Assembly: GCF_006345805.1 (NCBI RefSeq)
Contig: NW_021829171.1
Coordinates: 1-6,951, forward strand
Source of the DNA: Octopus sinensis
Taxonomy: Eukaryota
Direction: 5' to 3'
DNA length: 6,951 bases
The position numbers and the translations under genes are program-made. The notes below the pieces were generated by a model. That model was given only the letters and a program-made list of their open reading frames with translations. It was not told where the DNA came from and searched no databases. The number at the start of each line of letters is the position of its first letter. Within the stretch, counting starts at the first letter, position 1. Shown here in pieces: positions 6,324 to 6,951 of this stretch.

Positions 6324-6540
6324 TTTCTTTTCTACTCTAGGCACAAGGCCCGAAATTTTCGGGGGAGGGGGCCAGTCGATTAAATCGACCCCAATACGCA
6401 AATGGTACTTAATTTATCGACCCCGAAAGGATAAAAGGCAAAGTCGACCTCAACGGAATTTGAACTCAGAACATAAAGACAGACGAAATACTGCAAAGCA
6501 TTTCGCCTGTTGTGCTAACGTTTCTGCCAGCTCGCCGTCT
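6324..6540 (-). mobile_element. tRNA-derived SINE, family D (Deu/Nin-domain-like)
   Basis: The minus-strand head GACGGCGAGCTGGCAGAAACG has an A box at 6519-6529 and a B box GAGTTCAAATTCC at 6455-6467. GCCTTTTATCCTTTCGGGGTCGATAAATTAAGTACC resembles the Deu/Nin central domain as I recall it. Confidence 0.8.
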
Positions 6541-6730
6541 CATACACGTAATGTACATATATATATAAAAACATATATTCAGAATAAATATATACTATAT
6601 ATATAGATATAATGTTTATGATACATGATTATACACTAATATATAACAGTTATCATATATATATCAGTATGTACATAAATATGTTATATACATACTTATA
6701 TACACATTCATGGTATATATAGATACGTAA
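6541..6730. repeat. TA-rich low-complexity region
   Basis: Degenerate (TA)n with CA/TG interruptions. Confidence 0.8.
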
Positions 6731-6951
6731 AGACACAATCTACTCTGTATTTATAGACAATGAATGTTATGTACTTAGTACAATAGTACAGCGAATATAT
6801 ATCATAGTATCTCGCTACTTTCATAAAAATGTAGCAAATACTTCAGTAACTAATTCGACTATCGTCTGTTGATTGCTGAGCAATCAACTAGAAATGAAAC
6901 CTCGGAACTACTTACTAGACAGATATAACAAATTTTGTAGTGAATATGTAC

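Noticed and set aside
5679-6401. YIYI-rich ORFs (5679-5876, 5969-6301, 6063-6401, 6100-6309)
   Set aside because: They are translations of TA-rich low-complexity DNA and SINE sequence.

Overview
This is non-coding, AT-rich eukaryotic DNA, probably intronic or intergenic. It is built almost entirely from microsatellites and retro/DNA-transposon debris, and I find no credible intact protein-coding gene. The repeat families and the microsatellite density look like a coleoid cephalopod, most likely Octopus. That assignment is from recall of the repeat families, not from a database search. The contents are: (1) a ~530-bp ATT/ACT/ATC compound repeat and many other simple repeats; (2) four full-length copies, tandem head relics and a tail fragment of one tRNA-headed, CORE-like SINE ('family A'); (3) two related tRNA-headed SINEs ('B', with a perfect 12-bp TSD, and 'C') sitting head-to-head; (4) a Deu/Nin-like SINE ('D'); (5) a mariner remnant split by a SINE insertion; (6) a decayed RTE-clade LINE ORF2 fragment. 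Family letters are my own labels. The ORF-track entries are by-products of these repeats. I see no evidence for a new biological system. The best leads are closely spaced inverted SINE pairs (possible dsRNA/ADAR substrates), SINE module swapping, a SINE-internal microsatellite hot spot, an unexplained CpG-rich patch and a possible small exon.
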